DNA of 64,000 nt, taken from positions 1-64,000 of the IMG/VR virus record IMGVR_UViG_3300032314_000513; one strand, given 5' to 3'. A program made the position numbers and the translations under genes. Origin of the DNA: a virus (lineage: Duplodnaviria > Caudoviricetes). Below, one piece after another: positions 19,008 to 27,823 of this stretch; positions within the stretch are counted from its first letter, which is position 1, and each line of letters starts with the position of its first letter. The notes below the pieces were generated by a model. The model was not told the DNA's origin. It made no database searches and saw only the letters and a list, made by a program, of their open reading frames with translations.

Positions 19008-20594
19008 ATGGCAACTACTGCTACTATCAAAAAGAATATTGCAAAGCTCGAAGCTGCGTTGAAAAGCAAGGCTACACCTAAATCATTGAAGCCTAAACTA
19101 GAGACTCAATTGGTTAAGTCTAAAGCTGAATTAAGCGGAATGAATAAAGGTACAAAACCTAAAACTTCTTCTACCAAGTCTACTCAAACTGCATTGCAGA
19201 AATTGAAGGCAATGGTTAATAAAAATAAAAAGTATAAAACTTATAAAGGTGCAGGAGTTGACCTAGAGAAAGATGCTGACAGACCTGCATTGAGAACAGG
19301 TAGGCGTATTGCTAAAGAAAGCGGTAAAACTTATTATGAGTATCGTGCTAATCGTATTGATGTGAAGCAGCCTCCAAAAAAGTACCCTAAATTAGAGAAA
19401 GGTGGAGAAATAGATTCCGAAGCTATGATGTTAGCTAATAACGCTGCTTGGGATAATCAAGAACTTAGAGCTGAATATAAATCACTTAAAAAAGATTTAC
19501 AAAATTTAAACAATGGTTTATTAAAGCCTAGTAAAGTGATTGGAACAGGTTATAAATCTTCCGCTATTGCTAAAAGATTAGCTAAAGAATGGCTTGAAAA
19601 AAATATAGCTGTATTTGAAAAAACCTTAGAAATTAGGGGAGCAATAGATGATGATGGCTACATGGCTAAAGGTGGAGAAATGAAGCATGATAAATTAGAT
19701 GAAATGGTAGAAAAATATCAAACATGGCTTGATAAAAACAATCTACCTCAAATGAGTGCTGATGAATTATTAGTTGATGAATCAGTTAATTTAACTAAAG
19801 AACAAAGAAAATATATTCAAAATTTCTCTAATGAATGGGATGAAGAGCAAGATAAATACGCTAAAGGTGGCTATTATGCTAAAGGTGGAAGTTTAAGCTC
19901 AATTAAAGAAGAATATGATGAAAATGAAGACAATAACGCACATAGCGAAAATGTAGTTTTACTTGCAAAGCATTTTGGTACTAAAGAAGATTTGACTGAA
20001 GCAAAAAGAATATTGGCTTTACACGAAAAAGAAGGTAGTTTATCAATTGAAAATGGTAAAAAAAGACATGTGTTGCACTTAAAGTTAATTGAAAAGGCTA
20101 GAACAGAAATGGCTAAGGATGGTATTGAATTTGAGAAAGGTGGCTACATGGCTAAAGGTGGAGAAATGGCTCAAGTAAATAAAATGTCAAAAGATGAATT
20201 AAAAAATTGGCTTTCTGAAAATTATGGCTTTAGAGGAGTGGATGGAAAAGGTATAACAAAAGAGGTTAAAGATAGGACTATTGAAAATATGAGAAAAGAG
20301 GTATTAAGCCAAATGAAATATAATGAAAAAAATAATATAAAATACGCTGATGGTGGTATATCTGAAAAAGAAGTTGTAGAAAGCAATGCTGAAATGGTTT
20401 TAAGTCAAATTAAGGCAGTAAAACATCATGCTATGGAATTATCTAATGTTGTATCTAAAAATAGTGATATTGAAGCATGGGTAGTAGCTAAAATAGAAAG
20501 AGCTAGTACAGACCTAAGCGATATTACTCATTATTTAGAATATCAAACTAAGAAAATGGCTATGGGCGGAGAAATTCACAGAACACAAGAATAA
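19008..20594 (+). CDS. Multidomain putative internal virion protein with 8 [FYML]xxGG motifs
   Basis: LEKGG, MAKGG x2, YAKGG x2, FEKGG, YADGG and MAMGG separate small domains. Confidence 0.55.
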   Translation: MATTATIKKNIAKLEAALKSKATPKSLKPKLETQLVKSKAELSGMNKGTKPKTSSTKSTQTALQKLKAMVNKNKKYKTYKGAGVDLEKDADRPALRTGRRIAKESGKTYYEYRANRIDVKQPPKKYPKLEKGGEIDSEAMMLANNAAWDNQELRAEYKSLKKDLQNLNNGLLKPSKVIGTGYKSSAIAKRLAKEWLEKNIAVFEKTLEIRGAIDDDGYMAKGGEMKHDKLDEMVEKYQTWLDKNNLPQMSADELLVDESVNLTKEQRKYIQNFSNEWDEEQDKYAKGGYYAKGGSLSSIKEEYDENEDNNAHSENVVLLAKHFGTKEDLTEAKRILALHEKEGSLSIENGKKRHVLHLKLIEKARTEMAKDGIEFEKGGYMAKGGEMAQVNKMSKDELKNWLSENYGFRGVDGKGITKEVKDRTIENMRKEVLSQMKYNEKNNIKYADGGISEKEVVESNAEMVLSQIKAVKHHAMELSNVVSKNSDIEAWVVAKIERASTDLSDITHYLEYQTKKMAMGGEIHRTQE

Positions 20595-20603
20595 AATAAA
20601 ATT

Positions 20604-22049
20604 ATGAAGCTATTCACTAAAGAAGTAGATAAGCAATTATTTGCACAATATCCAAAAGGAAGCGACCTAGATAATCAAATGGTTGTAGCCAAAATCTTTA
20701 ACCCCTATGGAAAAGGAGTATACTACCTATTGAACTCAGACCCTGAAGACCCTGATTATATTTGGGCCATAGTAGACTTATTTGAAGTTGAAATGGGTAG
20801 TGTAAGTCGTTCTGAGCTTCAAACAGTAAAATTGCCGCCATTTGGCTTAGGATTTGAAAGAGACATATATTTTACACCTAAACCTGCAAAAGAAGTATGG
20901 GAAGGTGTAATTAGAGGCGAAAGATTTGCTCATGGTGGAATGACTGCAGGTCGTTATTATAAAGATAATAGTGGGAATGAGTTTAGATTTATTGGAGAAA
21001 GCGAAGGGAAACTACTATTTAAAGATGGAGAAAAGATAATTACGAAATCTCATGAAGATTTTGAGGATGCACCAAAAGAGAAAAAGCTATTTGGCATTTT
21101 TGATGATGGTGGCGAAACTGCTGCTGCAGAGCATAACATCAAACAGGCTAAATATGGTGCTAAGTTAGTAGGGAAACAAAAGAACTTAGATGTCAATAAA
21201 AATGGCAAATTAGATGCTGAAGACTTTAAGATGTTAAGAGGGGAAAAAATGGGTATGGGTGGAAAAGTTAAAAAAGACTTTAGAGTTGGAGATGAAGTAA
21301 TTTATGCTCCTAATGGTAAATGGTTTGTACGAAATAATCCAAATTTTAAAAATGGAGTTATTACAAACAAAGAAATAATTGGGGATTTAAAAATTATTAA
21401 CTACACAATAAAAATAAACAATGGTAGTGAAATAATGACTTCTAACACAAAAGAAATAGAACTAAATCCTGATTCAATGGCTATGGGTGGAAAGGTTAAA
21501 TTCGAGGACAAGGTAAAAGCTGTTAAAGAAAGCCTTTTAAAGCGTAAAAAGGTTTCTCCTAAAGTTCAAAAGGACTATGGGAAGACTTATAGCCCAAAAG
21601 AAGCTGAAGAATCAGCAAAAAGGATAATAGGAGCTCAAACTGCAAAGTATGAGTTAAAAAAAAAATTCAAAGAAGGCGGTAAAACAATAGCACAAACCCC
21701 TGCACCAAAAAAAGATAGAGTATTTGGCTCTTCTAAAAATAAAGCAGGAAGTGCTAGTTCAAAAAAAACTGCCTCAAACATTGAATTAAATAAAAGTATT
21801 GTAAAAACATTAGGAGAAAAAGCAAAAAAATATAACGAAAACCACTCAAGCAAAGTAAGTACAAGTACATTAAAAGCAGTAATGCGTAGAGGTATGGGTG
21901 CTTATTCTACATCTCATAGGCCCACTATAACAGGTGGAGCACCTAACTCAAGACAAGCTTGGGGATTTGCAAGAGTTAATAAATTTTTGTTAAAAAAAGG
22001 AGGAACAAAAGTAAAAGCCGCTTATGTTCAAGATGATGACCTACTATAA
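20604..22049 (+). CDS. Multidomain putative internal protein: DUF2958-like N-terminus, EF-hand-like motif, DUF5824-like C-terminus
   Basis: KIFNPYG...NSDPEDPD..WAIVDLFEVEMGSVSRSEL...GLGFERDIYF. DVNKNGKLDAED. LKAVMRRGMGAYSTSHRP...QAWGFARVNKF. Confidence 0.6.
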   Translation: MKLFTKEVDKQLFAQYPKGSDLDNQMVVAKIFNPYGKGVYYLLNSDPEDPDYIWAIVDLFEVEMGSVSRSELQTVKLPPFGLGFERDIYFTPKPAKEVWEGVIRGERFAHGGMTAGRYYKDNSGNEFRFIGESEGKLLFKDGEKIITKSHEDFEDAPKEKKLFGIFDDGGETAAAEHNIKQAKYGAKLVGKQKNLDVNKNGKLDAEDFKMLRGEKMGMGGKVKKDFRVGDEVIYAPNGKWFVRNNPNFKNGVITNKEIIGDLKIINYTIKINNGSEIMTSNTKEIELNPDSMAMGGKVKFEDKVKAVKESLLKRKKVSPKVQKDYGKTYSPKEAEESAKRIIGAQTAKYELKKKFKEGGKTIAQTPAPKKDRVFGSSKNKAGSASSKKTASNIELNKSIVKTLGEKAKKYNENHSSKVSTSTLKAVMRRGMGAYSTSHRPTITGGAPNSRQAWGFARVNKFLLKKGGTKVKAAYVQDDDLL

Positions 22050-22059
22050 AAGAATATAA

Positions 22060-22599
22060 ATGAATATAGACCAACAAATATATAATACAGCCATTCAGCA
22101 AGGATTTAATCCTGTTGCTGCTAAATTGATAGCAGCTCAGGCTAGATTTGAAAGTGCTGACTATAATTCTAATGTTTTTAAAAATAATAATAATACTAGT
22201 GGCATAAAATTTGTAGGGCAACCTAATGCAGTTCAAGGAACACTTTCTCCTGAAGGAAATTACTATGCTAAATTCAATACAATTCAAGATTCAATCAATG
22301 ATAAAATAGTTAGGATTTATAATATCACAATGGGTGGTATATCTCCTGACCAATTGAAAAGCTCAAATAGTGCAGATGATTTTGCAACTAAACTAAAGAA
22401 AAGAAATTATTTTGGTAATTATAGCTATGCTACTCCACAAGGTCAAAAAGAAGCATCAGCTTACGCTTCAGGTTTAAAGTCTAAATTGTTGAAAATCAAT
22501 GTAATAGAATTTATACAAAGAAACAAAGTAGCTTTAGGTTTAGGCTTATTATTGTTAGGTGGTGGTTTATGGTACTATTTAAAAATTAAAAAGAAATAA
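22060..22599 (+). CDS. GH73-like glucosaminidase with C-terminal TM anchor
   Basis: AQARFESADY...NNNTSGIK...FATKLKKRNYF, then GLGLLLLGGGLWYYLKIKKK. Confidence 0.7.
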   Translation: MNIDQQIYNTAIQQGFNPVAAKLIAAQARFESADYNSNVFKNNNNTSGIKFVGQPNAVQGTLSPEGNYYAKFNTIQDSINDKIVRIYNITMGGISPDQLKSSNSADDFATKLKKRNYFGNYSYATPQGQKEASAYASGLKSKLLKINVIEFIQRNKVALGLGLLLLGGGLWYYLKIKKK

Positions 22600-22601
22600 C
22601 T

Positions 22602-23087
22602 ATGTACGGAATTGCTACATACAACGCAACAAAACAATTTATCAAAGAGTATGGTGTTGGAATTGCCAATGCTATTAAAGGTACAGGTATATTCTTTCCT
22701 GTTGCTATTGGCCAAAAAGCTTTTGAAAGTGGTTATGGTAAAAGAATACCTGCAGGTTCAAATAACTTTGGAGGTATAAAGTATAATCCTAATTTAACAG
22801 GTGTTGTTGGATATGTTTTAGCAGATACAACAGAAGTTGTAAAAGGTAAAAAAGTTAATATTAAACAAAAGTTTTCAAAATTCAAAGATGTTGAATCAGG
22901 AATCAAAGGTTATGTAGAGGTTTTAAAAAACCCTTTATATGCTAAAGCGTTACAAGCTAAAACTCCTGAAGAGCAAATTAAGTTAATTGGTAAAGCAGGT
23001 TATAGTACAGCTCCAACCTATTCTACAATGTTAATGCCTCTTATTGAAGCAGCAAGAGATATTTCTAAATTAGGTAAAATTGTTTAA
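22602..23087 (+). CDS. GH73/FlgJ-like glucosaminidase
   Basis: GQKAFESGYG..NNFGGIK...Y.KAL.AKTPEEQ...AGYSTAPTY. Confidence 0.85.
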   Translation: MYGIATYNATKQFIKEYGVGIANAIKGTGIFFPVAIGQKAFESGYGKRIPAGSNNFGGIKYNPNLTGVVGYVLADTTEVVKGKKVNIKQKFSKFKDVESGIKGYVEVLKNPLYAKALQAKTPEEQIKLIGKAGYSTAPTYSTMLMPLIEAARDISKLGKIV

Positions 23088-23096
23088 ATTTACATT

Positions 23097-23243
23097 ATGA
23101 ATAAAAAGACTTTAATTTATTTAGGTGTAGGGGTAATTTTAGCTTGGGGCGGTTGGCTTATTTATAGAAACAACCGAAATACAAAAATTGATGCTACTCC
23201 TGTACCACTTGACGAAGCTATTAAAAAGATAGAAGAATTATAA
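23097..23243 (+). CDS. 48-aa single-TM protein (not in track)
   Basis: MNKKTLIYLGVGVILAWGGWLIYRNNRNTKIDATPVPLDEAIKKIEEL*. Confidence 0.7.
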   Translation: MNKKTLIYLGVGVILAWGGWLIYRNNRNTKIDATPVPLDEAIKKIEEL

Positions 23244-23266
23244 AATCACAATAAAACCATAAACAA

Positions 23267-23806
23267 ATGAGAAAATTTGAAAAAAAAATCAATGAGTTGA
23301 ACCTTGTAAAGGGAAAACTGTCAAAAGCACTTAATTCAAATATTAAGGACTTTGAAATGCTTGAACAATCTTTAGTTGGCTTACATGCTGAATTAAGAGA
23401 AGCCGAGGCTAAAGAAAACAATGAAGATGAAGTTGAAAAACTTACACAGGAGTCAGAAGAACTAGAAGAGCAATTAGAGAACTTTGATGGTATTTTAACT
23501 GAAAAAGTTCAAGTATATGCTGACAACTATGACTCTTATCAAGAAAGAATTAGAAAAATGGATGAAGGAAGAAAGGCTAAAGCTGCAGCTAAATCACAAC
23601 AAACTGCTCCTGTAGAACCTGCTCCTGCTCCACAAGTTGAACCAATTGTAGAACCTGCTCAACAACAAGCTGCACCCCCACCTCCGCCTCCACCTGCTCC
23701 AAAAGAAGAAGAGAAAGAGAAAAAAGGAACTAATTGGCTTTTATGGGGTGTTTTAGGTGTTGCAGGTATATTCGTAGGAATAAACTTGTTTAAAAATAAA
23801 AGATAA
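23267..23806 (+). CDS. Coiled-coil, Pro-rich, C-terminally anchored membrane protein
   Basis: Acidic coil, PPPPPPP linker and WLLWGVLGVAGIFVGINLFKNKR. Confidence 0.7.
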   Translation: MRKFEKKINELNLVKGKLSKALNSNIKDFEMLEQSLVGLHAELREAEAKENNEDEVEKLTQESEELEEQLENFDGILTEKVQVYADNYDSYQERIRKMDEGRKAKAAAKSQQTAPVEPAPAPQVEPIVEPAQQQAAPPPPPPPAPKEEEKEKKGTNWLLWGVLGVAGIFVGINLFKNKR

Positions 23807-24087
23807 TGGCATATCGTATTTTGAACTATACTTTGGAACAAGCTTCTAAGCTTGGGGTTACAGTAAAACCATCCTCTGTAAAGGGAAAAAAGATTGATGT
23901 GTTTAATAAAAAAGGCGAGAAGTTGGCTAGTGTCGGTGCAATAGGGTATGGGGACTATCCAACTTTTAAAGCTTTATATGGCAAAGAATATGCTGATAAA
24001 AGGCGTAAACTTTACAAAATGAGGCATGAATCTGACAGACATGAAAGAGGGACTGCAGGTTTCTATGCTGATAAATTACTTTGGTAA
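23806..24087 (+). CDS. Small basic protein, DUF5754-like
   Basis: KKIDVF..G.KLASVGAIGYGDYPT...ADKRRKLYKMRH..DRH..GTAGFYADKLLW. Resemblance is from memory. Confidence 0.55.
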   Translation: MAYRILNYTLEQASKLGVTVKPSSVKGKKIDVFNKKGEKLASVGAIGYGDYPTFKALYGKEYADKRRKLYKMRHESDRHERGTAGFYADKLLW

Positions 24088-24094
24088 AAAAATC

Positions 24095-24268
24095 ATGATA
24101 AAGCCTAAAATAAGAATATTGTACTTTATTGTATATTTTGCAATTATTTGGGTAATAAGTGCTTTAAGTTTTCAAAGTTATATGCTTTATTTATATTTTT
24201 CAGACCAAAATCAAAAAATAAAATTCATTATAAATAAGATAGAAAGTGTAATTGATAAAATAAGATAA
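24095..24268 (+). CDS. Small membrane protein (lysis cassette)
   Basis: One TM segment. ATG 24095 is preferred over 24026. Confidence 0.55.
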   Translation: MIKPKIRILYFIVYFAIIWVISALSFQSYMLYLYFSDQNQKIKFIINKIESVIDKIR

Positions 24269-24269
24269 T

Positions 24270-24578
24270 ATGTTTAGTTATCCTAATTTATGGGTTATGA
24301 TTACAGGTATTTTGTTGGGATTAACCATCATTATATCTTCTGTGTTCTTTGTAAATAAAATGTTTGTAAACGATACAAAAGATGTACTTGTAAGGTTTAT
24401 TATACTTGTATTTACAGCTTTAGTAGCTCTCTTTATAGTAGATAAGGTAATTGCTTTTAGAATTAAGTTATTGGATGATTCTGCAAGTAAAGAGCTCTTT
24501 GACCTTATAAAAACGCTGATATTGATGATTTTCAGCTATTATTTCGGTACAAAGAACAATTCAAAAGAAAACCATTAA
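24270..24578 (+). CDS. Holin-like 3-TM protein
   Basis: Three hydrophobic segments, ...ILMIFSYYFGTK, located upstream of the endolysin. Confidence 0.5.
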   Translation: MFSYPNLWVMITGILLGLTIIISSVFFVNKMFVNDTKDVLVRFIILVFTALVALFIVDKVIAFRIKLLDDSASKELFDLIKTLILMIFSYYFGTKNNSKENH

Positions 24579-24623
24579 ATATTAAATAGTATTACTTAAT
24601 TTTAATTAATAAATAAATAGTAT

Positions 24624-24884
24624 ATGAAACAATTTTTAATGAGAATGTTCTCTGACAAAAGCGATGTTAACTCAAAAGCTGTAGTAGGATTTATGTCCTT
24701 TATATCTATGTTAATTTATGGAATGACAGATGTGGTTACAGGAGCAATTGGAAAAGAGTTTTTAGTCGAACCAATAGTATTTAATGGTCTTATGTACACT
24801 ACATTTGGATGTTTAGGTATTGCAGGAGCTGAAGCAATATTTGGTAATAAGAATCTTGCAAAAGATGAACCAAAGTCTGAATAA
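24624..24884 (+). CDS. Holin-like 2-TM protein
   Basis: Two TMs and a charged C-tail, immediately before the GH19 gene. Confidence 0.55.
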   Translation: MKQFLMRMFSDKSDVNSKAVVGFMSFISMLIYGMTDVVTGAIGKEFLVEPIVFNGLMYTTFGCLGIAGAEAIFGNKNLAKDEPKSE

Positions 24885-24889
24885 ATTTT

Positions 24890-25486
24890 ATGATAGAAAA
24901 ATTAAATGGTAAGTTACCACAGGCTGTTTTAAACGAGCTTCCATTAGTAATGGAAAAGTTTGGTATTAGCAATTCTAATAGATTAGCTCACTTTTTGTCT
25001 CAAGTAGCTCATGAAAGTGGCAATTTCAAATTAGTTAACGAAAACTTAAACTATAGTTCTAAAGGTTTAATGTCTATATTTAAGAAATATTTCCCAACTG
25101 AAGCTTTAGCTACAGCTTTTGAAAGAAAGCCTGAAAAAATAGCCAATAAAGTCTACGCAAGTCGTATGGGTAATGGCGATGAGGCTTCAGGAGAAGGTTA
25201 TAAATTCAGGGGGCGTGGTTATATCCAATTGACAGGTAAAGACAATTATAAAGCCTTTTCTGATTTTATTGGGGAAGATTGTGTGGCAAACCCTGATTTG
25301 GTAGCTACAAAATATCCTTTAACTTCCGCAGCTTTTTTTTTCCATAAGAATAAATTATGGGATATTTGCGATAAGGGACATTCTCATGAAATAGTTACTG
25401 CGGTAACAAAGCGTGTAAATGGTGGGATTATAGGATTGGATGATAGAATTAAACATTTTGATGAATATAATAACTTATTAGCATAA
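24890..25486 (+). CDS. GH19 endolysin
   Basis: RLAHFLSQVAHESGNF...ENLNYS...FRGRGYIQLTGKDNY...VTKRVNGG. Confidence 0.9.
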   Translation: MIEKLNGKLPQAVLNELPLVMEKFGISNSNRLAHFLSQVAHESGNFKLVNENLNYSSKGLMSIFKKYFPTEALATAFERKPEKIANKVYASRMGNGDEASGEGYKFRGRGYIQLTGKDNYKAFSDFIGEDCVANPDLVATKYPLTSAAFFFHKNKLWDICDKGHSHEIVTAVTKRVNGGIIGLDDRIKHFDEYNNLLA

Positions 25487-25487
25487 T

Positions 25488-25940
25488 ATGGAAATGACAC
25501 CAATAAAATCGACATTTAGCAAAACTAGTGCTGTATTTTTAAAAATAGCAGCAATATCAACGGCAACTCTTGCTTTTGTTGGTTTATATACTTTTTATAG
25601 AAATAATTTGTGGCATCCAAAAGTGATAATTAATAGCATTGATTATGTAAATGGTGTTGCAAACCTTACAATTAATGGTAAAGAGGTTATTTTGAGAGGA
25701 GATTCCACATTTTTAATAGATTATGATTGGGGTATTAAATTTGGATATACTTATCTACCTGATGGTAAAAGAGTTTATGATAGAATTGAAGTAACTAAAA
25801 GAGGAATGGTTCATGAGGTAGTTAAACAAGCAGATAGTCCATCCACATTAGCTTTTACAGGTTTTAGTGAAGAAAACTATTGGAATGATGCTTTTAACCA
25901 ATTTCCTTCTTATACTCCCACAGATAGCGTAAAAAGATAG
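25488..25940 (+). CDS. N-terminally anchored beta-rich membrane protein
   Basis: TM at aa ~14-35, followed by beta-strand pattern. Confidence 0.6.
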   Translation: MEMTPIKSTFSKTSAVFLKIAAISTATLAFVGLYTFYRNNLWHPKVIINSIDYVNGVANLTINGKEVILRGDSTFLIDYDWGIKFGYTYLPDGKRVYDRIEVTKRGMVHEVVKQADSPSTLAFTGFSEENYWNDAFNQFPSYTPTDSVKR

Positions 25941-26085
25941 TATATAAATTAGTAATTTGATAATAATAAAATAATATTATATTTACATAAATAATAAAAA
26001 TTTAATATTATTTTTATAATGTGTATTAAGATGGTGATTAAGCAAGTGTAGATTTTTTTAAAAAAAAACCAAAAAAATACAATAA

Positions 26086-27093
26086 ATGCCACCAATTAGT
26101 CTCAGAAGCAAATTAGCTAGAGAATATCGTACTAAACATCCTGATTATCCTACTAAAAAATTAGCTAGGATAATGTATTCAGAAAACAATCTTACTTTTC
26201 TTAATGAAGAAGCTGCAAGGTCTACATTAAGATACATTGAAGGTAAAAATGGTAATTACCTAAGGACAAGAAAAATAGTACAAAATGGCGAGTTTTTAAA
26301 AGAAGAACCTAGGCCATACAATCCATATAATCTTCCAAAATCAGATGAAACCGCTTTTGAACCTTTTGTTTTTAAAGGGCATAAAAGAATTTTGATACTT
26401 TCTGATATTCATGTACCATACCACAGCATAGATGCGGTAACTGCAGCTATACAATATGCTAAGAAATCAAAACCTGATGCGTTACTTTTAAATGGAGATA
26501 CTATTGATTGTCATAGACTTAGTAGATTTGTAAAAGACCCAAAAAAAAGAAATTTTAAGTTAGAACTAGATACATTTAAAGCATTATTTGAAATATTTGA
26601 AAAAGAATTAAACTGCAAAATATATTTCAAAATTGGGAATCATGAAGAAAGATATGAGCATTTCCTATACGAAAAAGCAGGTGAATTAGTAGGCGTAGAA
26701 GAATTTGAGTTTGAAAATATTATCAAAGCAAGAGCTAAGGGTATTGAAATTATAGGAGATAAAAGGCCCATGAGATTAAATAATCTTTGGGGAATACATG
26801 GCCATGAGTATATAGGAGGTATTTCTGCACCTGTAAATCCTGCTAGAGGATTATTTCTTAAAGCAAAAGTTAGTACATTCCAAGGTCATAACCATCAGAC
26901 TTCAGAACATACTGAACCAACACTTACAGGTAAAATGGTAACTACTTGGTCTTTAGGATGTTTAAGCGAATTACATCCTGCATATATGCCATTAAATAAG
27001 TGGAATCATGGCTTTGCCGAGATTGACTTAGATTCTAATGGAGAAGATTTTGAATTTAGAAATAAAAGAATATATAAAGGAAAAATAGTATAA
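26086..27093 (+). CDS. Calcineurin-like metallophosphoesterase
   Basis: LSDIH, NGDTID, GNHE, HGH and GHNH. Confidence 0.85.
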   Translation: MPPISLRSKLAREYRTKHPDYPTKKLARIMYSENNLTFLNEEAARSTLRYIEGKNGNYLRTRKIVQNGEFLKEEPRPYNPYNLPKSDETAFEPFVFKGHKRILILSDIHVPYHSIDAVTAAIQYAKKSKPDALLLNGDTIDCHRLSRFVKDPKKRNFKLELDTFKALFEIFEKELNCKIYFKIGNHEERYEHFLYEKAGELVGVEEFEFENIIKARAKGIEIIGDKRPMRLNNLWGIHGHEYIGGISAPVNPARGLFLKAKVSTFQGHNHQTSEHTEPTLTGKMVTTWSLGCLSELHPAYMPLNKWNHGFAEIDLDSNGEDFEFRNKRIYKGKIV

Positions 27094-27094
27094 T

Positions 27095-27520
27095 ATGAAA
27101 ACTTTAAAGGTATTTAATAGGGGTAAAATCCTAAATCCTAGTTTTTATATAGAATTGAAAGAATTAGACTATAGAATTTTCAAAGATTGTGGAGATGAAT
27201 TTCAAAAAAATAGAGATTGGTGGGTTATTACTTCAGGAAATAAGATAATAGCTTATTGTGGCTGTTTATTTACTGAAAATATATGTATATTTGTAAGAGC
27301 TTGGGTACAAAAAGAGTATCGTGGACAGGGATTGCAGAAAAAAATGATAAAATTAAGGCTAAAATCAGCTTTTGATTGTAGAATAGCGATAACTTACACT
27401 ACTGTTGATAATTACCCAAGTGCTAATAGTTTAATATCTCAAGGATTTAAACTTTTTTCTCCTGAATATGCTTATGCAGGGAGACAAATGCTTTATTTTC
27501 AAAAAGAATTAAAAAATTAA
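27095..27520 (+). CDS. GNAT acetyltransferase
   Basis: RAWVQKEYRGQGLQKKM and NYPSANSLISQGF. Confidence 0.8.
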   Translation: MKTLKVFNRGKILNPSFYIELKELDYRIFKDCGDEFQKNRDWWVITSGNKIIAYCGCLFTENICIFVRAWVQKEYRGQGLQKKMIKLRLKSAFDCRIAITYTTVDNYPSANSLISQGFKLFSPEYAYAGRQMLYFQKELKN

Positions 27521-27576
27521 TCAAAAAGTATTAATTTTAAATAATTATTTATAATTTTAAACTAAAATTCAAATTT

Positions 27577-27687
27577 ATGAACAGTAAAGATTTAGTACCT
27601 GCTTTAGTAGGTTTTGGAATTAGCTTAGTTGGTGTTTACATCATCGTAAGAGTTGCTTCAGGAGCTTGGGCTTCAGGACAAAAATAA
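27577..27687 (+). CDS. 36-aa TM peptide (not in track)
   Basis: MNSKDLVPALVGFGISLVGVYIIVRVASGAWASGQK*. Confidence 0.65.
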   Translation: MNSKDLVPALVGFGISLVGVYIIVRVASGAWASGQK

Positions 27688-27697
27688 AAATAAAATA

Positions 27698-27817
27698 ATG
27701 GCGAAAGCAACAAAAAAAGTAGGCGTAGCAGATATTGCTAAACTTGCAAAGAAAATTAGGAAACCTAATGAAAAGTGGACTGATGCAATAAAAAGAGCAG
27801 CGGCCCAATTAAAGTAA
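27698..27817 (+). CDS. 39-aa basic peptide, candidate DNA-binding core protein (not in track)
   Basis: MAKATKKVGVADIAKLAKKIRKPNEKWTDAIKRAAAQLK*. Confidence 0.65.
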   Translation: MAKATKKVGVADIAKLAKKIRKPNEKWTDAIKRAAAQLK

Positions 27818-27823
27818 TTTAAC

